64,000 nt of DNA from Octopus sinensis (GCF_006345805.1 NC_042997.1:84630001-84694000), one strand, 5' to 3'; positions 1-13,710 are shown, counted from the stretch's first letter. Numbers and translations: made by a program. The notes: a model not told the origin generated them from the sequence alone.

Positions 1-138
1 AAAATTCCGTCGAAGTTGACATTGCTTTTCATCCCTCTCGGAGTCGATAAAAAATAGATACCAGTCAAGCAATGGGGTCAATGTAATCGACGTAAGCCCT
101 TCCCCGGAATTGCTTGCCTTGTGTCAAGATTTGAAACA
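1..138 (+). mobile_element. tRNA-derived SINE, 3' part (family with the GTCGACTTTGCCTTTCATCCTTTCGGGGTCGATAAA-type core)
   Basis: Shares the TTTCATCC..GTCGATAAA..TACCAG..GGGGTCAATGTAATCGAC..CCTTGTG blocks with other copies in the window (15280-15460, 34822-34964, 54222-54388, 55312-55503). Confidence 0.7.
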
Positions 139-449
139 AATATTACATTATCCAGTGTATCCATCCTTCTTTCCTTCCTCTAAAGTAGAAGAATAGATTT
201 TATTTCTAACAGTTCACATAGTCTTCTGCGTGGCCACACGAACTGTTACAAACAAACCTCAGGCTACTGCCTGGCAAGTTATGGGCTTTTTATAATCGTT
301 GGAACAGAAATATGACATAAACAATTTCTATAAATAATTCAATGCAATTTAATAACATACTGAACTATACACTATTAGAACTAGAATAATAAATATTGTA
401 TAAAACTAAAATAGTATACCCGTAAGACTGAACGGTATTTATATATATA

Positions 450-1703
450 TCAGGTCATTCCATAAGTTCTGTCCGAATTTTGAATAATGAAAACAAGAGA
501 ACAAATGTTATATTTAATTGAAATCTAATCATCAATGTATTTTACCTGATTATCTTTGACTTCCTTCCGTCTACTTACAAGCTTTTTAATCCCATCAATG
601 TAAAACTCTTTTGGTTTCAAAGCGAAGGACTCTGAAGTGTCAGTTTTGACCCCCTCCTGGCTTGCGAAAGTTAGGCGCCCCAAATGATTCTGTAAACTAC
701 GAAACAAATGGTAGATGAAGGAACAAGGTCGGGAGAATAAGGTGAATGAGGAATTTTTTCCCAACCAAGCTCTTCGATCTTCTGTGATGTGATCTTCGTA
801 GTGTGAGGTCGCGTATTATCTCGATGAAACATCACTCCTTTCGATTCAATAAAGCGGGTCTTTTTTCTTCAAAGCTTGGTTCAAATGCTCTAATTGCTGA
901 CAGCAGACTTGAGCATTGATTGTTGCATTAGGTGGTAACAATTCAAAGTGAATTACTCCTTTGCAATCCCACTAGATTGAGAGAAGAAGCTTTTTTCCAT
1001 GAAGTTCCATTTTCGGTTGTGCTTGAGCTTTTTTCCCTTTTACCAAGCCACTGTTTACGACGTTTAACATTTCGATAGAAGATCAACTTTTCGTCACCAG
1101 TCACAGGTCTATCCAAAAAGGGTGAAATAAGTTTGCGAGAATGGAGAGAAGAGCAGAGCAGATGTTAACTCGGGATTTGCGGTTGGTTTCGGACAGTTCA
1201 TGAGACACCGATTTTCCAAGTTTAGGAACCTTTCCAAGTTGTTGAAGATGACGATGAACAGTTGTATGGTTTGAACTAAGCTTTATTCCCAATTTTTCAA
1301 CTGATAATGCAGGATTTTCTTCAAGTAATGCTTCAAAGTGCTTATCATCAAACTCAACTTGACGTCCAGTTCGATCTTCATCTTCAAGGCTGAAATCACC
1401 ACTTCTGAATTTTGCAAACCATCTTCTGCAAGTTCTTTCATTTAAGCATTCTTTCCCATAAACTGAGTGTATGTTTCGAGACGCTTCGGCTGCAGAGTAT
1501 TATGAGCCACAAATGCTCTTTCCATGATAGAAAGGGTTTTGATCAAAGAAATTTTAATTATTCTGTAAAATAATATTTAATTAGTTTAAATGTATACAAA
1601 TGCATAAAATTAATTTTTAATTCCATTAGACATTCTAAAATACTATTAAATTTCATTCAATTTTAAAAAAGGTAAAATCGGACAGAACTTATGGGATGAC
1701 CTG

Positions 1704-1704
<1 letters not shown>
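450..1704 (-). mobile_element. Mariner (DD34D) DNA transposon, full length (1255 bp), inactive
   Basis: 27-bp TIRs TCAGGTCATTCCATAAGTTCTGTCCGA (450-476) and TCGGACAGAACTTATGGGATGACCTGA (1678-1704), one mismatch, TA on both sides. The internal minus strand carries mariner transposase motifs. Confidence 0.95.
525..1526 (-). pseudogene. Mariner transposase pseudogene (frameshifts and stops)
   Basis: ATG at 1526. Motifs LGK(S)VSHELSE (WVPHEL-like), VTGDEK, FHRDNTRPH and PHSPYSPDLVPS, then a frameshift that destroys the third catalytic D, then YHLFRSLQNHL..KYIDD* ending at 525. Confidence 0.9.
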
Positions 1705-1784
<80 letters not shown>

Positions 1785-1791
1785 GACAGAC

Positions 1792-1880
<89 letters not shown>
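1705..1880. repeat. Compound microsatellite (TA)n-(TG)n-(GATA)n
   Basis: Direct reading. It abuts the right TA target site of the mariner. Confidence 0.95.
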
Positions 1881-1881
<1 letters not shown>

Positions 1882-1933
1882 GTGTGGAATTGGCTTTACG
1901 AATACAAGTTATATTATCGACTTCCTTAAAATA

Positions 1934-2074
1934 TTAGGTTGTCCCAAAAGTTCGTAAACACTTGCGAAAATTGAATTTTTATTCGCCAAGTACTAACAAA
2001 AACAACAAAAATTATTCCTCAAAATAAAGACCATTATTTTCCAAGACTTTCTACGAACTTTTGGGACAACCTTA
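1934..2074 (-). mobile_element. Mariner internal-deletion derivative (MITE, 141 bp)
   Basis: TIR core AGGTTGTCCCAAAAGTTCGTA (1936-1956) and TACGAACTTTTGGGACAACCT (2052-2072), TA flanks. The minus strand retains the transposase C-terminus KVLENNGLYFEE* (stop at 2012-2014). Confidence 0.85.
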
Positions 2075-5000
2075 TAACATCTAACTTGACAGTTCCATAT
2101 TCCCTCATACACATTGAATCTCACCCAAATACATACTTGAACGCACGCATATCTCCAGATTCACGCATGCACACAATTACACATGTTTGCACGCACACAC
2201 GTACAAACCGAAATTCACATTTACACACGCTAATACACACATAGGTGTCTTCAATAAAAAGATACTTGTTATTTTATAACTAGTTTGACATCTATTTGAG
2301 TATTAATTGTTTTCAAACTGGATTCTGCATATATAGCTGCTTTAAAGGCCTGTACACGTAACATTTTGGCTCATAGTCCGCCATATTATTATTAACTAGG
2401 CAAGCTTTGATTACGTAAATGTGTGTGTATTGGAAGCGGGAAGATGTTAATATGCATAATATCTGCGCAACATAATTTCCAGCACGTTGTCTTAATGGAA
2501 CTTAATTAGAACTACATAGAAATGTTGCTGCTTTATTGAAGTATAGGGTTGATGACAATATGATTACTGTGATTATATGCCTGCTTTGATATATATTAGA
2601 TTAAAATATATAATTTGAGATATTATATTATTTGTCTATTATCTCTAACAGAACTCAACCAAAATACGTATTACCACATGTATGCTTATTTAATTTCAAG
2701 AGACCATAAGGTTGGAAATTGCGAATGCTTTAATGTTTTAAAGCTGGGATGAAAACATGAAAACATGAAAACAGAACCACGGTTTCGATACTTAATGAAG
2801 TTGTCTTTTACTAAAAAGATATTCCAACATCGAAAAAAAATAATGATATATTGCATCCTTGAATAGTCACATTAGCCGACAAAGATTTTGTTCTTATATT
2901 GTGTGTCGTTGGCAAGTCAACGTAGTGCAGACACTTTTTCTTTTTTTCCAGATATTTAACATGTCTGGAAATGACACTACAAGGAGCAAATGAAATGAGA
3001 AAACTCCACAAGGAATCGAACCTACGTCATATATTTTGAATATTCCCATTACCACCATTGTACGCCGTGGTGGTAATATCACAAATATCCGTATTTATAC
3101 GGATATGCGAACACAAAGCCGTTCGCGAAAAGACTAGAGATTCTAGCCACATCACTACACAAATACATATATTTAAACATTTATGCATGCAGTTACCGGA
3201 GCATCCATAGATCGATAAAATGCCAAGTGGTTTGAATAGATCCAAATTATTAATATCGAAGCTCAGGAGATATTAACAGATACCTATTACTTCCACATCA
3301 GCTACCATATTGACCGACTCTACCTATATCAATTGAGAATTATGAGAGACAGATATAACATTAGCTTAGATAGTGTTCGGCTGTCATATTGTATTACAGT
3401 GATGCCATGAAAATTATAGGTATCGGAAAAATACAAGTAGAATAAACTCGTGGAACAAATATATTCATATGCATGAACAAAACCAATATTGGGAAATTTG
3501 ACAAAGAACATTTCAGAAATAATTCTGAAGATAATGATACCAAATACAATCCCAGAATTTTTACAGAATAATAACTATTCAATAGATAATCGTAGCAAAA
3601 GATGTTACACTATTAGTAAAAAATTATTTACGAACATATATCATCAGTGTGAAAAGTCCACACCAACACCGCTATTTTTGACCAGTAACCGCAACATCAT
3701 GCTTTTTTCTCTCTTCCAGAAACATGTGACAACTACTGAAAGACATAAAAATGCATTTAAGCTACTAATATTTGATAACAGTTATCGGATGTGTAGAGTA
3801 TGTATGAAGTTCTAATACATATTATTATCAGCTTATCGGCGAGGTATATTTTTAAAATACTACATGAATTCTGTCCATTGACGAAAGAGAATAAAAATCA
3901 AGTGAGATATTTATAAAAGTGAAGAATAGCTTGTTATTATACACCAATGAACATAGAGACTAAATGTCGATATAGTAACTTGGATTGCGCGCTTTTAGGA
4001 ATAAAAAAAGGATTTTAAACATGCAGTGTTATAAGAATTTTTGAGCACAGGTAAGAGACATTTAAGAAATATAGAAAGGAAAACAAAATAGCATAAAGAT
4101 GATCTTCCAAAAACTGTATTTGCTTCCTAGTTTCAATTCACGATTGTAATCGATTTTTGTGTGATAAGTACAACTTGTCGCTGTTTATCAGAAACACCTG
4201 GTCCTTGTTTGCCTTTAATTGCCATGAGGCTGCTACAAGTATTTGAAGCAAGTCATTCTCTGGTCTGGGGATGATTCGATGTCTTGATACACTGACACTG
4301 CATTCCGTTGAAGCTTCCCTTGTTATGCCCTGTGGCATTACTAGACTGTTGTTTAGTTCCATGTTACTCCTAATTTAGCAAATATTATCAGAAGTATTCT
4401 ATGCATCACTGTCTTATCTTCACTTCATTCTGAAATATTGTATCGAGGACTATATTATCCAATACATCCTTTGCTTTTTAAAGATGGTAATGCAATTTGG
4501 TTGCTATATCTACAAGCTAAAGTGACCGCGTAAATGTTTCTTAATTCTGGGCAAATATGTAAGCGGTTCCCGAATAGAGAGATCACAGATATTACAGAAG
4601 CCTGGCTAGTGATAAACAACTCGGAAAGATGCCGTATACGGTAGCAGGTTCATATGCAGTGATTGACTTCCAGCTAGACTACTTGCATAGCAGCTCCCAT
4701 ATATTGTAGTGCATTCTTCTTTTTCCCGCTACCAGAGAAATTGCAGAGAACTTTCTGCTTTGACTGAGGCATTAACCATAACTTCGATCCATTAGTTTAC
4801 AACACTTTTAAGAATGGTATATACATCTCACGAACCCATTGCCTTATCTACATATTTAGGATCTTAAGGACTTGTAAAATATTATTATCGATATATTTTG
4901 GCATGGCTTTCTAACGACAGAGGCAATGTATGCAGCAATATTGAGAGAAGAAAGCATATCGAATATGATATCACCATATTTCAATGGAGACTGAGGTCCA

Positions 5001-5194
5001 CGACTTCGATACCATGCTGTTTCCATTCTTGTTTCCATTCCTTGGTTCGATGAATTTCACTTTAGCATAAATATTTAAAATGCTTTTGAAGACGCTGAGA
5101 GTTTTATTTGTCTTTTCCAGAAATCTGGGATCTTGTTCCTAATCACTAAAAGTTATTAGCATTGATTATCATAATGATGAGGTAGTGACTGCTA

Positions 5195-6231
5195 ATGATT
5201 CGTGTTTAATGTTATGTTATAATGCAATATTCCAATGGTGACAAATGTAGAGGCGTCAGCACAGTTGCTTAGCCTGTCAGAAATAGCAACCAGAACTGTG
5301 AATCAAACACCGTACTATATTACACTGTCTCGATAAAAAATAGGGAGATATATACAATAATGTAGTTCTACAAACTATTTTAATAATAGATCAGCATGAT
5401 GATGGTTAACATTTGACTAAACAACAAAACAACGACATTAAAAAGACCAGTTGAAATAGAATGAGTCGGTATGAATGGCTGCAATAACAGCCATATCTCC
5501 TTTCTCTTAAATTACTGTCTAAAATAGAGTTGAAGACGTGTATCAACGATGATGCAGTCTTCGATATATTATACTCTAATTCAGGGTTTCTTATCTTGGA
5601 CGCCATTTGGAAGTATTGTGAGCTCACAAGAAGGCGGCAGATAGTAAATGGGTGTATGGAGATGCTAGATGTTTAGATGTATCGTGATTTTTCTAAGAGA
5701 TTAAATGTTTAACCTTGGTACAAATACACTTAGGTATTTACATGAAGTATATACATATATTGTTGAGATTAAAATACGTGTAGCACGTTGTCTTATCATG
5801 GACAGAATAAATCCCTGATGATGCGCCGATGTCCAACATAATTTCATTATGTAAATCCTCGCCAGTTATAACAATTCCCATAAAAATATAATACAAAGTA
5901 TATTAATCCACGCAAATATCTAAGAAGAGGCACATGAAAGATGGGACGCTATTAGAAAATAAGGTTAATAAGCTTCTGTGCAAAATGAGCTTCTATGATT
6001 CGTGTTTAATGTTAGGTTATAATGCAATATTACAACGGTGACAAATGTAGAGGCGTCAGCACAGTTGCTTAGTCTGTTAGAAACAGCAACCAACACTTTG
6101 ACTCAAACACCGTACTGTCTCAATAGAAAATGGGGAGATATATACAATAATGTAGTTCTACAAACGCTAAGCCTAATGATGTAATCAAAGCTGGACTCTT
6201 TTAATAATAGATCAGAATGATGATGGTTAAC
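5195..6231 (+). repeat. Local dispersed duplication of ~215-235 bp (5195-5410 and 5995-6231) including a repeat-family fragment
   Basis: ATGATTCGTGTTTAATGTTA..GATGGTTAAC is present twice with substitutions and indels. Confidence 0.85.
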
Positions 6232-6455
6232 GTTCATATCTTTTACTGACATCTTCTCTTTTGGACCTTGTATATCTGTTTTAAGCGGGTTCTCTATACA
6301 TGTCCATATTTGCGAGAAGTAAATGTGATGGCATCATGTTACTTCTGCAAACTACTTCATTTTCGCCTTTTTAAAAACTGTGAGGAAAGTTTCGTAGAAA
6401 ATTTGCCTCAATAATCTCAGTCTATACAATTATGAAAAAGTGGACGTTAAAATCA

Positions 6456-6456
<1 letters not shown>

Positions 6457-6544
<88 letters not shown>

Positions 6545-6548
6545 CTCC

Positions 6549-6583
<35 letters not shown>

Positions 6584-6623
6584 ATATGAGAAAGAGATAA
6601 ACAGAGAGAGAACGAGAGTGAGT

Positions 6624-6661
<38 letters not shown>
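6457..6661. repeat. Compound microsatellite (TCTA)n-(CT)n-(TA)n and (GA)n
   Basis: Direct reading. Confidence 0.95.
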
Positions 6662-6665
<4 letters not shown>

Positions 6666-8203
6666 AATAGAAAGGCAGATAAACACAAGTAGTTTTAAAA
6701 CGTGTATTTATAGGGAATATAAATATATCTTGCAGAATAAAGAAAATGAGGAATTATGTAATAGTCTTATCTCGACAGCTATTTCGAGAGCACCGTGTAC
6801 AGACATACGTAACAGGTTCATATAATATCGTAGGTATGTGCAATACAATAGGGTCTAATGAATTTCTTAGGTCAAACTAAGTGACCCTCCTCGGGAGAAG
6901 AATGGCGCGTGCATTTTGTATTCCCTGCAAATAGATACTTTAAACGTACTTGTGTTTATCTGCCTTTCTACATCAATAACAGCTCGACGAGAGGCATAAT
7001 TTGCAACTAACTTTCAATGACGGAGGCACTGAGCCCTGAGTACTGTCTTATCTATACCAAGCTTATTTTACATTCTTTTACATACTATATATAGGGATAG
7101 TTTACGAAAAAAACAAAAGACGAAGACAGGTGGTGTACAAAACAAACTGATATATTAGTATAACGCTCAGGAATAGAAAAGTCTTTTACGTTTCGAGCCT
7201 ACGCTCCTCTACAGAAGGGGACACAGAAAAAAACAAGGAGAGAAACACGGAGAGAGAACAAAGGAGAGAAAAAATGTGTGTAGTGGCTAACGAGGCATAC
7301 TTATATATGTATATAAGTATGTATGTGAGTGAGTGTGTTTGTGTGTGTATGTGTTTGTGTGTGTACATATATAACAGATTTTCGCTTTGCAAAATCTTAT
7401 TAACAAACAACTGGTCAGCTGAGAACACAACTAAATACTATCAAGTACTTAAATCTAACATAATATTCATTATCAATGACCTCGGCTACTCTAGATGTAA
7501 GAAACCTAATTAGAATTTCCTTTAATTGACAACATGTGCTATTGGACTAGACCCTGTCACAGTTTAAAATCAAAAGGTCAAAATCCTCACTCTCAATACA
7601 GGATTGTGTTAGTAAAGATAAAAAATCACACCAAGTAAACACAGTGAGAATCGGCTAAGAAACAAACATTTTAAACACAACACAAATAAAATCCAGCGAA
7701 CTATATCATGATATATTTATGTTTCTGTGCAATTTATTGCACATATGCTTGACTGCAAGTGAATAGGGATTGTATGCAATTTGCAGCGATGAAGACTCCA
7801 TTGGAAGGGAACCGAATTAAGCGCGCAGAAAGATAAATTTACTTTGAAACATCACTTAACTTATAAATGAATAGGAAGGGGAAAAGTTGTAGCAGTTTTG
7901 ATGGGGGATGTGAACTAGACATACATAGAGTGAAGAAAAACATCTAGATGGAAAGATAGATTAAACTATGAACGTATATATATGCACATCTCAACAAACA
8001 TGTGTTTCTATATGAAACGGTGTATTTTCATATAAATATGAAACGAATGCAAACATTAATTGAAAAGTAGTACCCTTGGGTGTACACAAGTGTGTGTGTA
8101 TGTGTGTGTGTGTGTTTCCATATCCACATATTTCTATATGCGTGTGTGTGTACATGCATATACATATACATATGCATACATACAAACATACATACATACA
8201 TAC

Positions 8204-8274
<71 letters not shown>

Positions 8275-9224
8275 CATATATATACATACGTACATATATG
8301 AGTGTGTGCATATAAATACATACATACATATATACAAACAAAAATACCCTGTTGTTGAAATTCCAATGAAGGTACCTTGAATTTAGGTTAGAAACCGGCT
8401 CTTTCTCTATTGGCAAGAAATCTTAAAATAAGACTAAAAAATGACATACATATATAGTACATACATACATACATACATACATACATACATACATACATAC
8501 ATACATACATACATAGATATATACATACAACGTGCGTGTTAGTATAACCCATATATTTATGTAGGACGCAGTAAATACGCCATCAGAATTTCTGACTGCT
8601 AAATGTCATTTTCATTGTTGTATTTTATTAACTTCAGTTATTTTTACTGCAGCTGCGTAACTCAAATATTTAATATCATGCAAATGTTTTAAACATTAAT
8701 AGCAAACACGATATGGTGCAATGATGGCAATCTTTATATAATTTTGAAACATTAATAGTTAATGTTTGCACTGTCTCCTTACAGTAACAAACAGAGCGTT
8801 TCCAGTTTACTAGCGTCACATATACTCTGCATGAATACTTGATAATCCAGTATCTATGCATTCGTCTTTCTTCCAAAGTGGAAAGCAAAATTAATTTTCT
8901 TTTCACACTGAGAAGAATAGGATTAAAGCACAGCAAGAGAGGGGCGTGAATTAATGATTAAAACCTTAATTAAAGACTGATATATATATATATATATACA
9001 TACTACAAAATCCCTGGTTATCTTGAGAAAAGAGCAGATAGGCATTGTATAGATGATGATGGAAATTATATTGTTGTTTGTGTGTGTGTGTGTGTGAAAT
9101 TTAATTTCCTTTCTCCATTTATAAACAAATGAACCAAAGAGGGCTGTCTCTTTGCGATTGCTTGATTTGTCAGTAGTAGCAGCATCGGAAGGTATCGCAC
9201 TCTCTTAAAAGAATATCGAAGAGG

Positions 9225-9549
9225 ATGAGGAGGGAGAAGGGGAGGGCAGAGGAGGGAAGGAAGAGGGGAAGGAGAAGGAGAAAAGAAGAAGAGGAAGGAG
9301 AAGATGGAGGAGGAGGAGAAAGAAAAGGAAGAGAAGGAGAAGAAGGACAAGGAAGAGGAGGAGAAGAAGTACAAGGAAGAGGGAGAAGAAGAGGAGAAAG
9401 GAAGAAGGACAAAGAAGAGTAGGAGAGGGGGGAAGAAGAAGAAAAAAAGAAAAAGAAGAAGAAGAAGAAGAAGAAGAAGAAGAAGAAGAAGAAGAAGAAA
9501 GAAGAAGAAGAAGAAGAAGAAGAAGAAGAAGAAGAAGAAGAAGAAGAAG
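9225..9549. repeat. Purine-rich low-complexity tract ending in (GAA)n
   Basis: Direct reading. It explains the poly-E/K/R/F/S ORFs in the track. Confidence 0.95.
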
Positions 9550-10114
9550 ACGACGACGACTTTATGATCACGATTTGCGCAAATGGACCGTCTTTGATGT
9601 CTGCCCCGATCAACAACTACCATAATTACAACATACGTCTTGTATTATACTGTATTTTAGAGTCTCAAAATCATATTTTGTTGTTCCGTCAACGTGTCTA
9701 AATATATTTGTTGCTATAGACTCTTGGATTGTGGTGTTCTTGTTTATAACAAATGAATCAGAACAAATATGAGTGAGTCAAACCAGACGATAAAGCATGT
9801 ACGTGGTCTACTGACCACTAGAACTAACAGTTAAAAGTCCTCTCAAAATAAACCTTAGGATTGTGCTGTCCTACATATAATGTATTTGAAGTACAAAATG
9901 AAGAGATCATGACTGGAACGTCGTTAATAATAAGTATACACAGACAGAATTGACCAGAGATAAACAGCAGCAGTAGCAACTAATTCTATTTGAAGTTATG
10001 CTGCTTTCTTCGAAGGAGGTAAATCATCTGGATATTGTTTCCAGCAGGTCTAGGGAGCACGGAGTTGCTCAATTGCATAAGTTGTTTATATTTAAGAGAT
10101 GAGGAATTATGTGC

Positions 10115-10343
10115 ATTATTTAGATTATTTACATTTGAAGGATATTTGTCCTCATCTTGTTTGTTGTTAACACAACGTTTCAGTTGATATACCCTCCAGG
10201 CTTCATCAGGTGTCTTGGGGGAAATTTCGAACCTCGGTTCTCATTCCCAAGGTATTTTTCGATATTGTCGTTATTATTATTTTATCGAACTCGGAATCTT
10301 GGAGTTTATAGGCCGCGCTCTTAACCCCTATGCCATATGCCCG
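10115..10343 (-). mobile_element. tRNA-headed SINE with Penelope-like, HHR-containing tail (left copy)
   Basis: Minus-strand A-box-like TGGCATAGGGG (10325-10335) and B-box GAGTTCGAT (10284-10292), a short AAT linker, then a tail whose reverse complement recurs at 10668-10817. Confidence 0.75.
10170..10213 (-). ncRNA. Minimal type-I hammerhead ribozyme motif; core intact, stem II degraded
   Basis: Minus strand reads ACAC-CUGAUGA-A-GCCUG(GAGGGUAUAU)CAACU-GAAAC-GUU-GUGU. Stem I is ACAC/GUGU, stem III is the palindrome AAC|GUU, and the triplet is GUU. Confidence 0.65.
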
Positions 10344-10372
10344 TGGGCAGACTTAAAAATCCACTCAATACT

Positions 10373-10455
10373 GGGCCAACTAACCCCAAGATTTCGAGGT
10401 CGATTCCAGGCAGTGGCCTGATTATTATTAATTGTTATTATTATTATTATTATTA

Positions 10456-10486
<31 letters not shown>

Positions 10487-10502
10487 TATTATTATTATTA
10501 TT

Positions 10503-10537
<35 letters not shown>

Positions 10538-10584
10538 CAACAACAACAACAGCAACAACAACAATAATAACAATAATAATAATA

Positions 10585-10651
<67 letters not shown>

Positions 10652-10817
10652 TAATAATGATAATAATAATATCAAAAAATACCTCAAGAATGAGAAACCA
10701 AGTTCGGAATTTCCCCAAGACATCTGATGAAGGTGGAGGGTATATCAACGCAAACGTTGTGTTAACAACAAACAAGATAAAGACAAATATCCGTCAAATG
10801 TATATAATGTAAATAAT
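10373..10817 (+). mobile_element. tRNA-headed SINE with HHR-type tail (right copy, 5'-truncated, expanded TTA/TAA linker)
   Basis: B-box-like GAGGTCGATTCC (10396-10407), (TTA)n/(TAA)n at 10420-10670, and a tail with ACAT-CTGATGA-A-GGTG..CAACG-CAAAC-GTT-GTGT (10720-10762; G12 mutated). Confidence 0.75.
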
Positions 10818-13270
10818 TGTTTTTTAGTGAAAATAGATGATGGATAGTAAATTTGGTAAGTGCTGCCTTTAGTCAATTTATGTGAAACTAAGTGGTTAAA
10901 ATAGGTGTGAAGATTTGTCTGGGTAATAACGCAGGCATGTGGTTATGATGTTACATGAACATTATATTATGTTTGGATTTCGAGAAGGCTTGATCAGGTT
11001 GTGTAGGCATAATTTAAGCAGAATGGGTGACAGAACAGACCTTTGTGGTACACCATTTCGAAACTGCAAAAAACAGACGTCTTGCTATTAAATGCTACAT
11101 ATGGTTTGCAAGCTTAAATGTCGTTGGCTAGTGTGGGATGTGTATTATTTCTTAAGGGATTGTATGCATTTTTCTCATAATTGGTCAACGATAAATAAAG
11201 TGACATAGTTTTCTAATGTCCACAGTCAAGCTTAGGGCTTTTTAGTTGTTTAATCTGTCATATATATTTTATGAGGTCTGTGAATAATATAGAGCTTGGG
11301 TATAAGGATAATCTACGTTGTGAGATTAGAAAAGAGAATATTTGGGTTACTTAGTCTTTTGGGCATAATTTATAGTATACATAAGAGGATGATGACTCTA
11401 CATGAGGCTGTTTCGGTTGGGTTTTTATCACGCTTCAGAATTGTTATGATTTTTCCCAATCTTCAAGTTCCTTACATTTGCTGATGTTGAAATTTATGAT
11501 TTGTAGTTGATATTAGACATATATGCTTGCTTGTTCTCTGCTTCCCTTTATATCTATTATTTATTTTGTGTGTGTGTGTGTGTTAACACTTTCATTAGTT
11601 GTTTGTTGCTAATTTGCTACATCTGTGGTATATTGACTGTTATATTCGAGACGGTAATTTCTTTTATTTAATTAGCTATTTTTCAGAAACTTGCAGTATC
11701 CAATTATGCTGTTTAGATCTATGTCATCCCTCGAATAAGCAAATCTATAATCAAAGTCGTCTCATCAGTAATCATTCCGTTGTGTTTTTCTTTCTTTTTT
11801 ACAGCTTAGTGTACATTGAACTACATTAAATGTATACTTCAACTTTAGGAAAGCAGGATGTAATATGAGAGATATATGACAGCTATTTATGGCAGGATGA
11901 ATGACAACGTAGATGATCATTCGTTAGTAAGTGCAGTAGCTATGTTGTGCGATTGTGGCGGTGTTGTATTTTGTGAGCCCTTCATTTTGTTTTCTCAGAA
12001 TGAAGACCTGACCCATATACACGTAACATGGGCAAATTCCTCTTAACGAACGTAAGGATCAAGTGATGGTCTTAAACTGGGAGGTGGATTAAGTCGGTTA
12101 CCGAAGAATTCAGAACTTAAAATGTCAGAAGAAATACTGCAAAACATTTCGCTTGACGGTCAAGCAATTCCATCAATCCACAAAACACAACACCACTGCA
12201 ACATAGATATTCTAAAGGATCCATCTACGTGGCTGATCATCGAGTATAAATGGCTACCAAATGTCTAGCAGGTCGAGCAACTGCATATATACTTCCTCGT
12301 TGATCGTTAGTATTGCCAGTATATGTATTTTGTGCAAGAATGTTCCTATATTGTCCATGTTCCCTTTGTCTTTTTCATTCGGAATCATCGAAACCTAACT
12401 GTTACTAATACACAGTCATAATTCGTATCAGTTCATATAGTTTTCTGTTTCAACATTTTATCGTACGATTGGCGTCCATCATGCTCATTCTGTTCTGAAT
12501 TTTGACACGATATACCAAAGACTGCTGGTGTTTCTACGAAGGCCTAATATTCGTGCAGAGGCTCCTGGCTGGCCAAAGCCAAATTTTATTTTTATTTATA
12601 GTTTGTCAAAAGCAAAGCACATTTATATAGAGATGTTACATAGTAATATCTCAAAACTTGTAAATTTTCTACCCTGATCGTTGTTTGTAAAAGTAATTTT
12701 TTGAAACGTGTAAATAATTATCATTTATATTATATAATACCTAAAACCAAAAATTATATTATCATATTTTATATAAAATACAAAATATTATTTGTGTACA
12801 TAAAGCTTTACTAAAAATTGTTCAGTTAGTTATATTAATAACGTCTGCACGTTAATCATGAAAAGTTGGGTCTCTCAAGCAAACACTTTCCCGAAGTTCC
12901 TCAAATTCAATCTATTAATGACACATAAATATGCAAGATATTTCTTAACTTTTAATTTTCGCTATAATTTATTGTTATCATGATACCAAGAAAAATACTG
13001 AAGCGCAAACCATTACTTATTCATGTTTCATGGATTTATAGATAATATAAAAAGTAATTTATATGAAATACACACATGAACAGTCACATACATAAACACA
13101 TAAACCTTTTGCAATAGGTTTCTTTCTTGCACAGTTGGATGTGTAATCTCCTTCACAGTTGTTTAATTTCAGAAAGCCTAATCAGGGGACTCGATATTCT
13201 CTTAACGTTACCTATAAGAAAAGCTCGTTGAATGGATATAATAGCATATTCAAGCAGAAAATTAATAACG

Positions 13271-13271
<1 letters not shown>

Positions 13272-13328
<57 letters not shown>

Positions 13329-13436
13329 CAATGATACGCACACATTGCATATTATATAGAGGTCTATATGTATAACATGACTGAACAGCGTTAGCGGCTA
13401 TATGAAATACTGTAATATATCTATCTATCCATATAT

Positions 13437-13482
<46 letters not shown>

Positions 13483-13593
13483 TGATTCTATACATATGTG
13501 TGCGTGCGCGCATGAGTGTATAAGCATACATACATCCGTATATATCTATATATGCACACACACATATATATATATATATATAATATATTATAT

Positions 13594-13670
<77 letters not shown>

Positions 13671-13710
13671 ATACGTACATATATGTATGTATATATGTGT
13701 GTATATATAT

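Noticed and set aside
2811-5038. Several short ORFs and TTCCAG acceptor-like sites in a repeat-poor region, including a signal-peptide-like MVISYSICFLLSILL
   Set aside because: All frames are interrupted by stops, no recognisable motif, and no coherent exon chain.
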